Shown: positions 10,888-20,730, counted from the first letter of the stretch. The stretch is 64,000 nucleotides of DNA from Candidatus Hodarchaeaceae archaeon (GCA_030018135.1 JASEGJ010000001.1:32001-96000); one strand, 5' to 3'. The notes: a model not told the origin generated them from the letters alone. Made by a program: numbers and translations.

Positions 10888-12189
10888 TTATCTTGGCTTC
10901 ATGTAGCCCCACTTGTCTAAAGCCGCCTTCAGCTCCTTGTGGGTCTCCGCATATTCGTCCAAACCGATGCCTTCCCTGTACGCCTCGATGGCCTGCATGA
11001 CCGCCCTCGCCCCGGCCTCTATCCCCATGGGATGGCCCTGCGTCCCTCCACCCAGTTGCAGGACGATGTCCATCGTCCCATAAATGTCGAACAACTCGGG
11101 CAAGAGCCCGGGATGGAGGCCCCCGGAGGCAACTGGCAGCATGGGCTTTATCCTCCCCCATTTTTGGGGCATTCTTAGGCCCGGTATCTCGCCCACTTCC
11201 CGCTGCGTGATCATCTCCTTGATGGCGACTATCTCCCTCTTCTCGCCCGCCAGCTTTCCAATGACTGTGCCTATGTGGAACTGGTCTACGCCCATCAACC
11301 TCATCAACTTCGCGAGGTAGAGCATCGACATGCCGTGCTTAGGGTTTCTCGTCATCATCGCATGCATGGCCCTATGGCCGTGTATGGCCATGTCGTAATC
11401 GTGGGCTAGTTCGACCGCGGTCTGCACCGCCGTAAAACCGCTGACCACGACATCCAGCATGAAATATTTGAACCCGTGGTCGTGGACGAGCTTTATCCTC
11501 CTCTCGAGCTCCTTTAAATTCGGTGCCGTAACGTTGAGGAACGCGTCCTTGACATCTCCCGTCTCCTTCTCGGCCTTGTCCCTATACTTGGCGACGAGCT
11601 TTACCCTCTCCTCAAACCTGTTAAACTTCTGGCTCGTGAGGTTTTCATCGTCTTTGACGCAGTCCATCCCGCCCCTCCAAATCGCATACCCCACCTTCGC
11701 GGCATGCTCAAGGGCTGTGTACCCAATTTTCGGCTTCGGGACCACAGCGGTGACGGGTCCAGATTTCCTCCTGAAGATCCTTTTTATAACGTCCTTTCCG
11801 TGGGTCGGTCCTTTGAAATGTTTTATGTATTCCGGCGGCAGCTCGGCGTCCAGCAGCCTCAGGTTTTTCACCGCTTTCATGCCGTAGATATTGCCGCCGA
11901 ACCCGCTCATCATACCCGGGACGGACCCCTCCTCGAAGATCAAAAGAGGATAAGCTATCTTCGCATAGTTTTCGTCGCAGTGGTATGCGTACGCCTTCGT
12001 CTTGGGCAAAAGTTTGGGCAGCTCGGTTAAGGTGGTCCAAGTGCCGGACGAGCTCTCGGAAGCTATCCTGCCTATCGCATCCTCCTTTGTTATGCCCGGG
12101 GCCGGCTCGTAATAGAAAAGCACCTTGATGTCGGTCCTTGACGGCTTATATTTGGTATTTATGAACTCGTGGTACCACTCGATCTTCAT
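10888..12189 (-). CDS. rbcL: form III ribulose-1,5-bisphosphate carboxylase (RuBisCO) large subunit
   Basis: ASESSSGTWT, PKPKIG, GGMDCVKDDE, HGHRAMH, IGKL, SGGLHP, GGGTQGHP all intact. Confidence 0.93.
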   Translation of the reverse strand: MKIEWYHEFINTKYKPSRTDIKVLFYYEPAPGITKEDAIGRIASESSSGTWTTLTELPKLLPKTKAYAYHCDENYAKIAYPLLIFEEGSVPGMMSGFGGNIYGMKAVKNLRLLDAELPPEYIKHFKGPTHGKDVIKRIFRRKSGPVTAVVPKPKIGYTALEHAAKVGYAIWRGGMDCVKDDENLTSQKFNRFEERVKLVAKYRDKAEKETGDVKDAFLNVTAPNLKELERRIKLVHDHGFKYFMLDVVVSGFTAVQTAVELAHDYDMAIHGHRAMHAMMTRNPKHGMSMLYLAKLMRLMGVDQFHIGTVIGKLAGEKREIVAIKEMITQREVGEIPGLRMPQKWGRIKPMLPVASGGLHPGLLPELFDIYGTMDIVLQLGGGTQGHPMGIEAGARAVMQAIEAYREGIGLDEYAETHKELKAALDKWGYMKPR

Positions 12190-12245
12190 GTTTTCAAACC
12201 TCCCCAAAGTTTTCATAATCAATTTTTAGGTTTAGCATATCATCT

Positions 12246-12446
12246 TTACCGCTTGAACTTGGCTATCTCGCCGGTGAAGTCCACGCTCGTGAGGAGCATG
12301 GAGCGGCAGCAGTAGCGCTTGAGGCCGAGGTCGTTCAAGACGCGCTCCGGACTCTCCCCCTTCGCCACGCGGCGCCCGAACTCCTCGTACTTATCGCCCA
12401 GCAACTTACCGCAGGTGAAGCAGCGAATCGCCCTCAGGTGGCTCAC
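12246..12446 (-). CDS. rpoN: RNA polymerase subunit N (Rpo10)
   Basis: [21 protein letters not shown]; start is GTG 12446 or CTG 12437. Confidence 0.93.
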   Translation of the reverse strand: MSHLRAIRCFTCGKLLGDKYEEFGRRVAKGESPERVLNDLGLKRYCCRSMLLTSVDFTGEIAKFKR

Positions 12447-12841
12447 CTGTATGATTTTTGGAATTTCGCCCTGGCCCCGGGGCCGCCGGGCTTTTTCGGC
12501 TCCTTGAAGCGCACATCGCTCTTTATCAGCGTCCAGTCGTACTGCTTGAAGAACTCGCGCAGCTTGGCATCCCCCGACCACTCGATCAGTCCCCGCGCAA
12601 TCGCCGTTCGGGCGGCGTCGGCCTGACCCATGAACCCGCCGCCTGTCACGTCGACTTCTATGTCGACCCGCTTCGCGATCTCTGGGGCGAGCACTAGCGG
12701 CTCGGAGATGCGCAGGCGGGCCAGCTCCGGCTCATAAACGTCGATCGATCGTTTGTTGACAAAAACCTTCCCCTTTCCATCCCGCACAGTAGCGCGAGCG
12801 ATGGCGGCCTTCCTCCTTCCGACGGCTAGGACAACCTTCAA
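12443..12841 (-). CDS. rps9: 30S ribosomal protein S9
   Basis: [31 protein letters not shown]. Confidence 0.97.
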   Translation of the reverse strand: MKVVLAVGRRKAAIARATVRDGKGKVFVNKRSIDVYEPELARLRISEPLVLAPEIAKRVDIEVDVTGGGFMGQADAARTAIARGLIEWSGDAKLREFFKQYDWTLIKSDVRFKEPKKPGGPGARAKFQKSYR

Positions 12842-12850
12842 GTTTATCCC

Positions 12851-13276
12851 CTAAAATTTTGCCCCTAGGTGTTTGCTAAGCTCCGCAACCCTAATAAAGC
12901 GTTTCGTGCCCAAGCGCTCTAGGCCAGCCCCGGGGATGGCCTCGAGCTTCTTGCCCTTGAACTCTGGCGGCACGCCGACATGTACCTTAAGGCGGCGGTA
13001 CGCATTCCGCCCCCGCGGCTTGTCGAACGGCAGCATGCCCCGGACGGTGCGCCTCACCCAGTCGTCCGGGCGCCTGAAGTGGAAGGGTCCCCTGCGCGGG
13101 TTGACCAGGTTTCGAACCTCGAGCCAGGCATCGTAACTATCGAACGTCGCCTTCCGCCTGCCCGAGATCACGGCCTGCTCCGCGTTCACGATTGTGACCT
13201 GCTCGCCCTCGAGCAAGCGCTTCGCCACGAAGCTCGCCATCCGCCCGAGGATCAAATCGGTGGCGTCGATTATCAT
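12851..13276 (-). CDS. rpl13: 50S ribosomal protein L13
   Basis: IIDATDLILGRMAS, RRTVRGMLP. Confidence 0.97.
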   Translation of the reverse strand: MIIDATDLILGRMASFVAKRLLEGEQVTIVNAEQAVISGRRKATFDSYDAWLEVRNLVNPRRGPFHFRRPDDWVRRTVRGMLPFDKPRGRNAYRRLKVHVGVPPEFKGKKLEAIPGAGLERLGTKRFIRVAELSKHLGAKF

Positions 13277-13280
13277 GCTC

Positions 13281-13646
13281 TCACTCCATCAATATGACGT
13301 CCCTGCCATCAGGGTTTTGTTCGAGCAGCTGCTGGATCGTTAGGGCCCTGCCCTTGGCCTCGACGATCTTGCAACGCGCAGCGCGGGAAAACTTGAAGGC
13401 CGCGACCGAAATCGGGTGGTCGAGCCTGCCGGCGGCCAAAACTTTCCCGGGCACGACCACGATGCTGCCCTCTCGAGCATAGCGGTTTAGATGACCGAGG
13501 TTGACCTCGGCACGGCTCCTGCGGGACCTAGCTAGACGCCCCGCCAGATCCTGCCAGAGGGAAGCCTTCAGCTCCTTCCCCTTGGAGCGAAGTTGGCGCA
13601 CCAGCCTGCGCAGCGCGGGGTTAGTCGGGCCAGTTGGTTTTGGCAT
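13281..13646 (-). CDS. rpl18e: 50S ribosomal protein L18e
   Basis: TGPTNP, AEVNLGHLNR, VVVPGKVL. Confidence 0.95.
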   Translation of the reverse strand: MPKPTGPTNPALRRLVRQLRSKGKELKASLWQDLAGRLARSRRSRAEVNLGHLNRYAREGSIVVVPGKVLAAGRLDHPISVAAFKFSRAARCKIVEAKGRALTIQQLLEQNPDGRDVILME

Positions 13647-13802
13647 CTTTAACACCACTTAACATATCGACACACTTTTTGAAAGCGTTCTAATAAGCTT
13701 ACCCTTAATTGGTTACGATGCTGTTCAAATAAACGCCTCCACCCAAGCTTTTAATCCACCCCATCGCCCGATAATGAGAACCTGTGGCGATATGCCGTCG
13801 TC

Positions 13803-14126
13803 GTGGGGCACGCCGCTGGTGATCCAAGAAACGGCAAGTTCAACGTCGATGCGGTCTTTCGGGCGGCCGGCGTCGATGGGGCGCTTCACGCGCCAACGGA
13901 GAACCACCCTATCTTCATCTCGGGCTCAATAGACGTGTCCGAGGAGACCTTCCACTCCTACACGCCGCCAAATCCGGTGATCACCGTAAAGGTGCTAAAG
14001 CATCGGGACAGGCATATACTTTCGATAATTGTACTGATCGCGATCGTCGCCTCCCTCGCCGCATGGAGGATGAGGTTAGGTGGAGGGAGGCGTTCCATGG
14101 ACTTAAGATGGTTTCCCCCCATCTAA
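13803..14126 (+). pseudogene. fragment of a surface/secreted protein with a C-terminal membrane anchor
   Basis: Short ORF ending in ILSIIVLIAIVASLAAWRMR; no clear start. Confidence 0.3.
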
Positions 14127-14332
14127 TAAGAATCGAAGATATAACGCGCGACCAAGCCGGGGATTTGGTCGTAAAAGTGGCACGCTACAGCCCTCGGCCC
14201 GGGCAGGTGACGCAACCAGCGGTAACCAGCCCGGTCCACATAGTGAAGATTGAAAGGACGGATAGGGAGATACGTTTTGAAATTGTGGAGTTACCTTACA
14301 GGCCGGACATCAGGCCAGTCTGGCCGAAATGA
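14126..14332 (+). pseudogene. PrcB C-terminal-like domain fragment
   Basis: IRIEDITRDQAGDLVVKVARYSPRPGQVTQPAVTSPVHIVKIERTDREIRFE resembles PrcB_C (recognised by eye only). Confidence 0.4.
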
Positions 14333-14640
14333 TAATCAGTTCAGACATCGATATTTTGCCCTTGATATCCCGGCCGCCCACGCTCAAGCGGCGGGAAGCG
14401 ATTTCCCGGCAGACCGAAAGGGTATCCCGACAAAACGATGCCGACCATAAGACCGGATCGCGTAGTGGCGTCGGAGTGGAAAGATTGCGAGACCTGTGGA
14501 GCTCCTCTCGGTCCCCCAGAGTTCGTGAACTACAACATCCACGAGGAGGCTTGGCGAGGCAGTTTCAAACTGCCGCACCCAAAACAGCACGTATACAGCA
14601 GATTTCCGTGAAAGCGCCGTGGAAACGGCTTAGAGGACTA

Positions 14641-14666
14641 TGATGCGGTATTAGGGGTTTGAACTC
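14641..14666 (-). repeat. degenerate direct copy of the tRNA-Leu 3' end (att-like remnant)
   Basis: GAGTTCAAACCCCTAATACCGCATCA vs GGGTTCAAATCCCCGCCCCCGCACCA, 18/26 identical without gaps. Confidence 0.35.
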
Positions 14667-14764
14667 AATTTGTACCCTCTGGAGATTTCTCTTATCTTAA
14701 GCGACCTCTATTTCATGGGGGCAAAGAATTTTTTACCATGAGAACGAATTGAAAAAGGTAAAAA

Positions 14765-15330
14765 ATGAAAAACTTCAAAGCAATCATGTTTAATAAGAAA
14801 GCTTCTGATCCAAAAAACAAACCTGATCAGATTTTGGGAAGCCTGGCATTGGTGCGAGGACAAAACATTGCCGATGTTGGAGCCGGGGGCGGCTATTTTT
14901 CTCTAAGATTTGCGGAAGTAGTGGGCCAGAGGGAAAAGTGTATGCGATTGACACCAACCTCAAATTTTTAGAATTTGTCAGTGAGGGTGCTAGGAAGAAA
15001 GGGTTAGATAACGTCGAGACAATACTCGCCACGGGAGATAGGTTGAATTTGCCTGAAAAAAGTATAGATCTGGTTTTTATGCGCAATGTAACTCACCATA
15101 TCCCGAATAGGGTGGAATATTTTAGAAATCTAAGGAACGCTATGAAACCGGCAGGTAGAATTGCCATTATAGAATATAAGCAAGGCGGACGTTTTAGCTT
15201 TCGTGGGTTTTTTGGTCATTACATAAAAAAGGAGATCATCGTTGAAGAAATGGCAGAGGCCGGATATCAATTGGTAGAGGATTTTGATTTTTTGCCGGAA
15301 CAATCCTTTACAATTTATCGTAAAAAATAG
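14765..15330 (+). pseudogene. class I SAM-dependent methyltransferase, frameshifted
   Basis: IADVGAGGGYF then VYAID in another frame; one G missing in the run at 14923-14925. Confidence 0.8.
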
Positions 15331-15466
15331 CGCAAGTTTTAACAGCGATTCGGGGAATAAATACGTTTGTTAAGCCGCTTTTTATCTCCCAAAAAAATTA
15401 CAGCTTTATTACAGCTCTTTTCGTAAAAACTACGTGGAAAATGCCCGGACAACCTCATGAAGCCTA

Positions 15467-15554
15467 TGGTGCGGGGGCGGGGATTTGAACCCCGGAACCC
15501 CTACGGGACAGGCTCCTCAAGCCTGCACCTTTGACCATGCTCGGCCACCCCCGC
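15467..15554 (-). tRNA. tRNA-Leu(GAG); CCA encoded
   Basis: GCGGGGG acceptor, CAGGC-TTGAGGA-GCCTG anticodon arm, long variable arm. Confidence 0.96.
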
Positions 15555-15618
15555 ACAATTTCAACATACGTCAAGCGGCTCTAAAAAATTGTCTGAACTG
15601 CCACAAGTCGGTTGAAGA

Positions 15619-16404
15619 TCACAACTTCTTCACTTGTTTTATGAACTCCTTGCACTTGCCCTCGAGCGCGTCCAGCGCCTTGAGCAGGATCTGCTCCGAC
15701 GGCAGGGCGCCGGTCGACTCGATGCGAAAGATGAACTTGTCCTCGTGGTGGCCGATGCGGATCGCCTCCCTCGGGCAGGCCTCGACGCATGCGTTGCACA
15801 TTATGCACTTCTCGACATCGACGACCTTGAGCTTGCCGTCGGAGAGCTCGAGTATGTTGCGGGGACAGCGCTTGACGCACGCGCCGCAGGCATCGCAAGC
15901 CCTCTCGTCCAGCTCGAAGGTCGGAACGTATTTATAAGCTACGATGCCCGGCTGCCACTTCGCGTGCTCCCTGCCGAAACCTAGGCGGGCGATCGCGGTG
16001 AACTCCAGCCGCTGCCCCTCGTCGAGCCTCACGAGCGGAATCGAGCCGCTGACCGGCACGACTTCATTGTCGGAGGACTTTAGGTCGCCGCTGAGCACCG
16101 TCGCCGGCCCCTCTCGCTTGAGCGTCAAACTAACGCTGCACCTAGGGCAGCTCCCCTCCTTGCAGCCGCACTCGTCGCGCAGCAGGTAGCCATCAGGCGT
16201 GCGGAGGGGGACCAGCGCGAGCTGATGCGCCAAGATCTCGTCGTACATCGCGGAATCGTTGACTAGGAACTCGACCTCGTCTATCGCCATTATGGGCACC
16301 TCCCGAAGCATCGCCCGACGAAGCGCGTTCGCGAACGCCGGGTTCGCGCCGGAGAGCACGAACTCCATCTCGTCGCCCACCAGCTTTCGGATCTCGAGTT
16401 CCAT
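15619..16404 (-). CDS. rpoD: RNA polymerase subunit D (Rpo3) with a ferredoxin-like domain
   Basis: FANALRRAML, GREHAKWQP; CxxCxxCxxxCP occurs twice. Confidence 0.96.
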   Translation of the reverse strand: MELEIRKLVGDEMEFVLSGANPAFANALRRAMLREVPIMAIDEVEFLVNDSAMYDEILAHQLALVPLRTPDGYLLRDECGCKEGSCPRCSVSLTLKREGPATVLSGDLKSSDNEVVPVSGSIPLVRLDEGQRLEFTAIARLGFGREHAKWQPGIVAYKYVPTFELDERACDACGACVKRCPRNILELSDGKLKVVDVEKCIMCNACVEACPREAIRIGHHEDKFIFRIESTGALPSEQILLKALDALEGKCKEFIKQVKKL

Positions 16405-16579
16405 TTGACCACCCTAAAAATCACTTCGGTGACCTCTCTCTGGAAAAGCGATTTAAAAAGCGTTTCGGCGAGCTGTCTCGGGGCTGAAAATGATGGCTGA
16501 TGCAGCCCAAATCGACGCAACGGAAATGCCGATTGCAATGGGCGATTTGAGATGAACGAGGAGCAGTTTATTCAGCTCT

Positions 16580-16960
16580 TCGAATACTCGGGGTGAGGAC
16601 GCATGGATTTAAAGAACTCTCGCCCGAACTCTTTCTTGAGAATAACCGGTATTTATTCGTGTTAAGGATGTGCCTTGGTCCGTCGCATGGAGGGCTAGCT
16701 CGTGAACTAAATGTGGCTAAGGATTGGGCCAGGCATACCGAGGCTGGAAGAAATGTAATTTTGAAAAAGGAAATTGCGAATAGACACAAGAAAAATCACA
16801 TCGCTATGAATCAGAAGAAGATAACGTTGGGGCGGGCTTTAGAGTTTTGGAGGCATTATTGTTTATCTGCAAGGTCAAAATTTGTCAATGTTGAGGTGAG
16901 GTTCAAGCCCCTTCTTAAAAATAAACTCAAAAAATGCCTCCTTTGCCAAAATCTCTTATA
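16580..16960 (+). pseudogene. AT-rich remnant of an XRE/HTH-type protein inserted between rps11 and rpoD
   Basis: LFVLRMCLGPSHGGLARELNVAKDWARHTEAGRN resembles HTH_3; no clean start or stop. Confidence 0.4.
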
Positions 16961-16966
16961 CACGTC

Positions 16967-17356
16967 TTATACACGACGACCTCTTCTTCCCCCCTTACGT
17001 CGGACCCCATCATGGGGGGTGGGTGTTGTGTCCTCTATCCGTCCTATCCGCAGGCCCGCCCGCGCCAAGGCTCGAATCGCCGCCTGCGCCCCTGGGCCGG
17101 GGCTCTTGGAGCCGCTCCCGCCGGGCGCGCGAACCTTGATGTGCACGCCCGTGAAGCCCCTCCCCATGGCCTCCTCGGCGGCCCTAGACGCTGCCTGCAT
17201 CGCAGCGTACGGCGAGGATTCCTCGCGGTCCGCCTTGACTATCATGCCGCCAGACCAGCGCGCCACCGTTTCAGCGCCGGTCAGGTCGGTGATGTGAATG
17301 ATCGTGTTGTTGAACGACGAGTAGATGTGCGCCACCCCCCATCTTCCATCCGCCAT
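16967..17356 (-). CDS. rps11: 30S ribosomal protein S11
   Basis: [30 protein letters not shown]. Confidence 0.97.
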   Translation of the reverse strand: MADGRWGVAHIYSSFNNTIIHITDLTGAETVARWSGGMIVKADREESSPYAAMQAASRAAEEAMGRGFTGVHIKVRAPGGSGSKSPGPGAQAAIRALARAGLRIGRIEDTTPTPHDGVRRKGGRRGRRV

Positions 17357-17358
17357 GT

Positions 17359-17904
17359 CTACTCCTCCCCTCGCCCTGTCTCTCCCTGCGCGCCCTGCTC
17401 GACCGCCGCCTGACCCTCGGACGGCTGCGCCACGAACGGCGACCCGGGCGTGTGGCCTATCGCCCCCTCCTCATCAGCCGGTACTAAATAGCTGGGCACC
17501 GTCACCCGCCTGTCGCCGATCGAGATGTGGCCGTGCAATATCATCTGCCTAGCTTGACTGGGGGTCTTGGCGAGGCCCTTCCTGAAGACGAGCGTCTGAA
17601 GGCGACGCTCCAAGAGGTTCTCGACCTTCAGGCCGAGTACATCGTCGAGCGACGCATCCTCGCCCACCAGGCCCAGTCTCCTGAGCCTAGCCAGCAATTG
17701 CCTCGCCTCGAGTTCGGCCTGCGGTCCGGACGCCGCCAGCAACCGCCTCGCCTGGCGCCTGAATTTTCGCAAAAGGGTCTCGGTCCTCCAGATCTCCTCC
17801 TTGCGGCGCAGACCGTACTGCCGGAGCAGCTTGTCCTCGGCGTCCATGCGGTCCTTTTCCCACGGGTGGGATGGCCTGAGGTACTTCTTGCGCTGGCGCT
17901 TCAC
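17359..17904 (-). CDS. rps4: 30S ribosomal protein S4
   Basis: [35 protein letters not shown]. Confidence 0.97.
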   Translation of the reverse strand: MKRQRKKYLRPSHPWEKDRMDAEDKLLRQYGLRRKEEIWRTETLLRKFRRQARRLLAASGPQAELEARQLLARLRRLGLVGEDASLDDVLGLKVENLLERRLQTLVFRKGLAKTPSQARQMILHGHISIGDRRVTVPSYLVPADEEGAIGHTPGSPFVAQPSEGQAAVEQGAQGETGRGEE

Positions 17905-17908
17905 GGTA

Positions 17909-18403
17909 TCACTCCTTCTTACCCTTCGCCGCCTTGGCCGCTTCCTCGCGCATCCTGATCTCCTTGCGCTTGACGCCGACAGTCATGCCCTTTCTGCCGG
18001 TCGTCCGAGTTCGCTGGCCCCGCACCGGCAAGCCGAGTTCGTGCCTTATGCCGCGCCGACTGCGTATGCGGCGCTCTCGGCCTATGTCGGTCTGCACGGC
18101 CATGTCGATGTCCGCGCCTAGGAGGTGCAGGTCCTTGCCCGTCTCGAAGTCCTTCCTCCTGTTTAGCATCCAGCCGGGGATGCCGTGCTCGCCTGGGCGG
18201 CGAATGACATCCTCAAGCCTCCTGACCTGCTCCCTGCTCAGGTCGCCCAGCTTGGTAAAAGGGTCGACTTCCGCGGCGTAGGCCACGGATCGAGCGAAGG
18301 CGACGCTAACCCCCTTGAGGTCAGCTAGGGCTAGCTGAACACGCTTTTCGCCCGCTAGGTCCTTGCCCGCTATCCGCACTATGTGCTTGAACTCCTCAGG
18401 CAT
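17909..18403 (-). CDS. rps13: 30S ribosomal protein S13
   Basis: FKHIVRIAG, WMLNRRKD, GLPVRGQRTR. Confidence 0.97.
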   Translation of the reverse strand: MPEEFKHIVRIAGKDLAGEKRVQLALADLKGVSVAFARSVAYAAEVDPFTKLGDLSREQVRRLEDVIRRPGEHGIPGWMLNRRKDFETGKDLHLLGADIDMAVQTDIGRERRIRSRRGIRHELGLPVRGQRTRTTGRKGMTVGVKRKEIRMREEAAKAAKGKKE

Positions 18404-18459
18404 GCTATCGCCAGGAAATCTGTTTACATTTGTCCGAGCACCTATTAAACATTAGAGGA

Positions 18460-18561
18460 TGGCGCCGGGGCAGGGATTTGAACCCTGAAGGCCCGCGAGG
18501 GCCACGAGCTTTCCGTCCAAGGCTCCAGGCTCGCCCTTTGGCCAGATTCAGGCACCCCGGC
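18460..18561 (-). tRNA. tRNA-Ser(GGA) with a 12-nt intron at 37/38 (18511-18522); CCA encoded
   Basis: CGAGC-CTGGAG[CCTTGGACGGAA]A-GCTCG; long variable arm. Confidence 0.9.
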
Positions 18562-18676
18562 ACCTAATAAAAAATATACTTTATCTTTAGTTTAAAACAA
18601 CAACTAGGCAACGCTTTAGAACTCAGTTGATATTCCGATACTTCCCCTTTAACGCTAGGAACGAAATCGTGATGCC

Positions 18677-19672
18677 CTATTTCCACTTCCTCGGATATGT
18701 GCCCGGCGACATCACCACGCGCTCCGGCTCGGCAACTATCCCATGGTCGGCATCGCAGATCTGCCTCGATGTCATCGTCGCCCTAGCTAGGGATATGAGC
18801 TCGCCCTTCAGCGTCATCAGCGCGACTAAATCTCCGGGCGAGATGCCCGTCTCCACCGTGAGCACGCCCGGCGCGGCGAGGCTGGCGCCGTGGCAGAGCG
18901 CGTCCACCGCCCCATCCCGCACGACGAGCTTGGGCAGGTGCCGCACCGCCGCCTCGACGGGCAAAATCGTCCTGCGGAGATGCTCCTCCGCGCCCCCCTC
19001 TCGCCAAAACGCGTAAGCGTCCGCCAAGTCGTGCAGCTTGACCAACGTCTCATCCTCGCGAAACGGTCCCGTGCGCGTTCGCCGAAGCTCCGCCATGTGG
19101 GCCCCGCAGCCCAAGGCCTCGCCCACGTCGACGCAATACTTTCGCATGTAGGTGCCCGCCTCGCACCCCACCCGGAGCAACACGTCCCTACCCCCGCGCT
19201 CGAGCAACTCTGTATAATAGATCCGCCGCTTGCGGAGAATTCTCCTGACCGCCGCGCGCACGGGAGGACGCTGGTAGATCTCCCCCTCAAACTCCTTCAG
19301 CGTCTGCTCGAGTTCGTGATCGGACACATCGCCGTGGAGGTGCATCAGACAAACATATTCCTTGCCGGCCGGCAGCAGCGTCTGGACCATCTTCGTCGCG
19401 TCCTCGAGCGCGATCGGCAACACGCCGCTCACCTTTGGGTCCAGCGTGCCGCCGTGGCCAGCTCCCTTTACCATCAGCAGTCGCTTGACCCACGCTACGA
19501 CCTCGTGCGAGGTCGGCCCAACTGGCTTGTCGAGGTTTATGACGCCCAGGCGCATGTGCTCCCTTATCGGCCTTTTGCCCGGCTCGCAACCGTAGCCCGG
19601 GTCGGTGACATCCTGAGCTCTAACGAGCACCTCGCGCACCACATCGGACGGCAGCCTGCCCACCGTTAACAC
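18677..19672 (-). CDS. cbf5: H/ACA pseudouridine synthase Cbf5 (uninterrupted)
   Basis: LDKPVGPTSHEV, GHGGTLDPKVSG, PUA domain. Confidence 0.96.
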   Translation of the reverse strand: MLTVGRLPSDVVREVLVRAQDVTDPGYGCEPGKRPIREHMRLGVINLDKPVGPTSHEVVAWVKRLLMVKGAGHGGTLDPKVSGVLPIALEDATKMVQTLLPAGKEYVCLMHLHGDVSDHELEQTLKEFEGEIYQRPPVRAAVRRILRKRRIYYTELLERGGRDVLLRVGCEAGTYMRKYCVDVGEALGCGAHMAELRRTRTGPFREDETLVKLHDLADAYAFWREGGAEEHLRRTILPVEAAVRHLPKLVVRDGAVDALCHGASLAAPGVLTVETGISPGDLVALMTLKGELISLARATMTSRQICDADHGIVAEPERVVMSPGTYPRKWK

Positions 19673-19677
19673 CCGAC

Positions 19678-19911
19678 CTATAAAAGACCTGCTGCCTCAA
19701 ACGCTTTTCTGACATCCTCATCCGAGGCGCCCTCTGCTATCCCGAGCTTGTTTAGCAGGGGCTCGAGGTGCCGCACATTGCACCGACGCCGCTTGACGTT
19801 GGGCCCGCTGATCAAAACATGGGTCTTGTCAACGACCCCGACGACGACGCACCTGTTTCCCGCCTCGCGCCCAGCTATCTTCACGCAGACCCTTCCAATA
19901 TCTAAGACCAT
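19678..19911 (-). CDS. rpl14e: 50S ribosomal protein L14e
   Basis: IGRVCVKIAGREAG, VKRRRCNVRHLEP. Confidence 0.95.
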   Translation of the reverse strand: MVLDIGRVCVKIAGREAGNRCVVVGVVDKTHVLISGPNVKRRRCNVRHLEPLLNKLGIAEGASDEDVRKAFEAAGLL

Positions 19912-19913
19912 TT

Positions 19914-20450
19914 TTATTTCCTCCGTCCGATGATGAACTCGACCGCGAGTTCGAGGATGCGCCCCGTCTCCTCGGCCGTCCAACGTTCGGTGTTGAGCAC
20001 GAGATCGAACACTGAACAGTCGTGAACGTCTATCCCATAAAACCGCTTAAAGCGCCTGGCCTCGCTCCGCTCGCGCCTCGTCGTCTCGGCCATGACCTCC
20101 TTGTAATCTCGGCGTTCGCGGCGAGCTATGCGCCGGACGCGAACCTCGAGCGGGGCGGTCAACAGAATTTTAACGTCCGCGCCCTTCGCCATCCAGCCGG
20201 CCAAGCGCGCGTCGATCAGCACATTACCCTCCCTGGCGAAATCGGCGGTCCGCTGGTCTATCTGCCTGTCTATCTCCGGGTGGCGCTCGGCGTGGCGTGA
20301 AAACTCATCAAGGGTCATGCCCCGCTCCTTGGCGAGTTGCCTGAAAATGGTGCCCGCCGAAACGTACTTGAGCCCAAATTTCTTCACCAACGCTTGTGCG
20401 GCAGTAGTCTTACCCGCGCCGTGCAAACCGCTGATCGCGATCACCGTCAT
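19914..20450 (-). CDS. cmk: cytidylate kinase
   Basis: ISGLHGAGKTT, SAGTIFR, RFKRFYGID. Confidence 0.93.
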   Translation of the reverse strand: MTVIAISGLHGAGKTTAAQALVKKFGLKYVSAGTIFRQLAKERGMTLDEFSRHAERHPEIDRQIDQRTADFAREGNVLIDARLAGWMAKGADVKILLTAPLEVRVRRIARRERRDYKEVMAETTRRERSEARRFKRFYGIDVHDCSVFDLVLNTERWTAEETGRILELAVEFIIGRRK

Positions 20451-20454
20451 GCCC

Positions 20455-20730
20455 TCACGCCCGGGCTGCTTCTTTGATCACTTGGCGCGCGCAGGCTGGG
20501 CAGAGATGTCCGCCGTACGGGCGATTGGGCCTGCGCGAGGACCTCGGCAGCGCGCGCAATTCGCTCGACCTCAGGCGTGGTACCCCGCCGAGCTGGCGCC
20601 CGCACATCGCGCATCTCGCGACGCCCACCTTCCCCTCCTTGTAGTGAACGACCGCGTGCCCGCCTGGTGTGCGGATAAAGCGCCTCTTGTATGTCCTCGA
20701 GCGATGCCTTCGCGCCGGCAATCTAATCAC
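20455..20730 (-). CDS. rpl34e: 50S ribosomal protein L34e
   Basis: RTPGG, CAMCG, RPNRPYGGHLCPAC. Confidence 0.95.
   Translation of the reverse strand: MIRLPARRHRSRTYKRRFIRTPGGHAVVHYKEGKVGVARCAMCGRQLGGVPRLRSSELRALPRSSRRPNRPYGGHLCPACARQVIKEAARA

Noticed and set aside
9457-14925. Other frameshifts (ABC ATPase, permease, methyltransferase) as further BHB introns
   Set aside because: Each is explained by a single missing base in a short run, with no inserted hairpin.
16593-17297. 234-aa plus-strand ORF as a real gene
   Set aside because: Its C-terminal half is the antisense of rps11; only the N-terminal HTH-like part looks protein-derived.
18677-19672. Intron in cbf5, as in some Crenarchaeota
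   Set aside because: The frame is continuous through GHGGTLDPKVSG.
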